DNA of 64,000 bases from Amoebophrya sp. A120 (Eukaryota > Protista > Dinoflagellata): positions 6,109,860-6,173,859 of the forward strand of contig CAJINV010000001.1 in the NCBI GenBank assembly GCA_905178155.1, given 5' to 3'. How positions within the stretch are numbered: position 1 is the stretch's first letter; the number at the start of each line of letters is the position of its first letter. Below the pieces are notes generated by a model, which worked only from the letters and a program-made list of their open reading frames with translations, made no database searches and was not told where the DNA came from. Of this stretch, positions 61,927-64,000 are shown in pieces. Made by a program: the position numbers and the translations under genes.

Positions 61927-62847
61927 ATGGTGGAATACGATTTTGCGGAGACGGAGAAAGTTCTGAAAGCAAAGCAGGCTGCTGTGGATGAGCGAATCGC
62001 TGAAGTGCGATTTCTGTGCCGCAGAGCGGAAGCGGGAGATCGCGGGTTTTACAAGAATCTGTTGGCGGGGAGAGTAGTAGCCGCACCAGGAGAGGATCAA
62101 AAAAGCTACAGTGCAGAATACTGCAAGTTCGGTATTAAGCTTGGTCGTCGAACGCGATTAAAAGAAGTCTTCCCATTGTTCGGGGTGAAGAATCCCCTTA
62201 CAAACCAAAACCACCTCCCGTTGCCGGGAACACTGGAACAGTACGTCGCGGACGAAATAGTTGCTGCTGCCAAGTGCCGCCCCTACGGAGGGACAGGATT
62301 TGACGCCGACCCTTCCTCTGATTCTGAAGGAACCGACCACAAAGATGACGAAAATAGAGGTGGCGCACCATCGAGGGTTATAAAACCGGGAGCGGCGACA
62401 AATCCAATAGCCTATGACTTCAGTATAAATACGCATTCGCTGTTCAATTTTGTCAAGGAGGCAGATAAGAAGCAAATGGACGACGCGAAACTCAAGCTCA
62501 GCGCAGCACTCACGGAAAAAGACCGCGTAGCGAAGAACATCAAGGACATACAAGACAACAACTTCGAATGCGCGGTCTGCATCAGTAGTTCCCGGGAGGA
62601 ACGCTTCCCTGTTCTCGTCATGCTGGGCTGTTGTCACGTGTTCTGCTTCGATTGTGCGGACAAGTTCATCAATGGTGTTGACGGTGGTCAGAATCAAAAC
62701 GCCAATAACGACGACCACGTGAGAAAATGCCCGACCTGCCGTGCAGCGATAGACGAGGAGTCAACAGCGCGAATTCCACCACAGCTCTTCTGCAAACGGC
62801 GCCGCGTTCTTGCAGTTGGTGGATCTGGAGAAGGGGAGGGAGGCTGA
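61927..62847 (+). CDS. RING-finger (C3HC4) protein, paralog 2 (putative E3 ligase)
   Basis: ECAVC...CCHVFCFDC...CPTCR, an intact RING preceded by a coiled coil. Confidence 0.87.
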   Translation: MVEYDFAETEKVLKAKQAAVDERIAEVRFLCRRAEAGDRGFYKNLLAGRVVAAPGEDQKSYSAEYCKFGIKLGRRTRLKEVFPLFGVKNPLTNQNHLPLPGTLEQYVADEIVAAAKCRPYGGTGFDADPSSDSEGTDHKDDENRGGAPSRVIKPGAATNPIAYDFSINTHSLFNFVKEADKKQMDDAKLKLSAALTEKDRVAKNIKDIQDNNFECAVCISSSREERFPVLVMLGCCHVFCFDCADKFINGVDGGQNQNANNDDHVRKCPTCRAAIDEESTARIPPQLFCKRRRVLAVGGSGEGEGG

Positions 62848-63418
62848 TGCGAAACGTCGGGCGGCTGTGATTTGTCTCGGATTCATCAACTACACTACTG
62901 CTCCATGAACTGACAGGACCACGAGGTGGAGATGGTTTCAACAAAGACAAAGACAAAGACAAAAATGACACTGTAAATTGTATGTTAACTTTGAAAGGAG
63001 GATTTCCATTTCGTTTTCGATTTCACTCTGACGCAGAGCTTCGTTCAGGCACTGTATCTTGGCTGCAATCGGCCGCGGAACCTGGCACGCTTATGCCAGA
63101 ATAGTACTGCTACTGTCCCAACGCGACCTTGAATCTACTTCGTCACGTGTTCCCATGGACAATGTCGAGTGGATGCGTCCTTCTCGTAATCGTTTCAATT
63201 TGAAATAGCGAGATGAACGGAGCAATTTCAAGTATGAGTTGTAACGTGAGTGTGGTGGGGGTGGGGGATGGAAAAACAAAAAGTGCCTGTAGGCTTGGCA
63301 AGAAGTTCATTGAGAGTTCTTACCAGACATCATGGCGCGAAGCGCGATGTTCGTGCCAACACACAGTTTGACTGGTGCAAGTTGAAAATCGAAAGGAAAA
63401 AGTTGCAGTCGCCTGAAA

Positions 63419-64000
63419 ATGCAGTACACCTACGAACCGGGTGAGGCGAGCAAGCACTCCTTGAAGGAGCACCACGCACTCGCGAAAGCTGCTACAGATG
63501 GCGAGGTCTACGCGGAGTCAGATTTGCGGTTTATCGCAGATGAGGTAGCTTTTATTCCATTTGAATTTGTTTGTTATCATGCACTTCAAGTTTCGGCATC
63601 GGGATCGGCAAGCAAAGCCAAGCAGGGCTACAGGCATTGGAGCTCGCCTTTCTTCATATCTGTCCGTCTCCTCCAATCATCAGGTTATTCCGGGTCTCTT
63701 TCGACACACGAGACAGGCACGGTTTCTCCGACGCGGTTGGGTGGTAGAACTAGGCTTGATTCTCTTCAGCCTGATGGCAGCTGGGCTCGAGATAACGCAC
63801 CAGTGCGCTTTCAGCGATATACTGGCACTAGCGCCTCCACGATGCGAGATGTGCTACTCCAACGTGTTTCTCTTTCTTCTCGTGATTTTGGCGGCAATAT
63901 GGTTCTTGAACCTGTACCTCTTCGCACTGCTGAAGTCCCGGGGATTTCACTTCAACCGAACAACGCTACACGAGGGATTGTACCTGAGCCACCCGGACAT
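63419..64000 (+). CDS. Membrane protein, 3'-partial; intron 63545-63683
   Basis: MQYTYEPG...FIADE|VIPGLF...; the frame is open to the window end, with hydrophobic helices LGLILFSLMAAGL and VFLFLLVILAAIWFLNLYLFALL. Not in the ORF track. Confidence 0.7.
   Translation, partial: MQYTYEPGEASKHSLKEHHALAKAATDGEVYAESDLRFIADEVAFIPFEFVCYHALQVSASGSASKAKQGYRHWSSPFFISVRLLQSSGYSGSLSTHETGTVSPTRLGGRTRLDSLQPDGSWARDNAPVRFQRYTGTSASTMRDVLLQRVSLSSRDFGGNMVLEPVPLRTAEVPGISLQPNNATRGIVPEPPGH

Noticed and set aside
1-64000. Dinoflagellate spliced-leader relics, tRNA/rRNA genes or an autonomous transposase
   Set aside because: None recognised by eye. Covariance-model and HMM searches would be needed to exclude them.

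Overview
Eukaryotic, intron-containing genomic DNA. Gene content, co-oriented gene packing and intron style point to an alveolate, most likely a parasitic dinoflagellate of the Amoebophrya/Syndiniales type (inference). I reconstruct about 17 protein-coding genes, all on the + strand: a PPP1R21-like coiled-coil protein, a PPR-SMR protein, a CDPK-like kinase, a small membrane protein, a SPRY protein, a giant PUS7/TruD-like protein lacking the catalytic Asp, a hypothetical protein, an NHL-repeat surface protein, a CCCH zinc-finger protein, three glycosyltransferase-like genes, a secreted protein, CEP43/FOP, two tandem RING paralogs and a partial membrane protein. The most striking feature is eight 151-322 nt MITE-like elements inside coding sequence. 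Each begins TATC, ends ATA, has terminal inverted repeats and is flanked by a 5-nt direct repeat. Removing the element plus one repeat restores the reading frame exactly, although seven of eight have no GT donor, so they behave as non-canonical introner introns. The six otherwise unrelated families share a repeated internal 8-mer, TGTNWTGC, in both orientations. A 2.7-kb intron in the first gene carries a G/C-tract repeat array and a decayed coding relic. All coordinates and counts were derived by hand.
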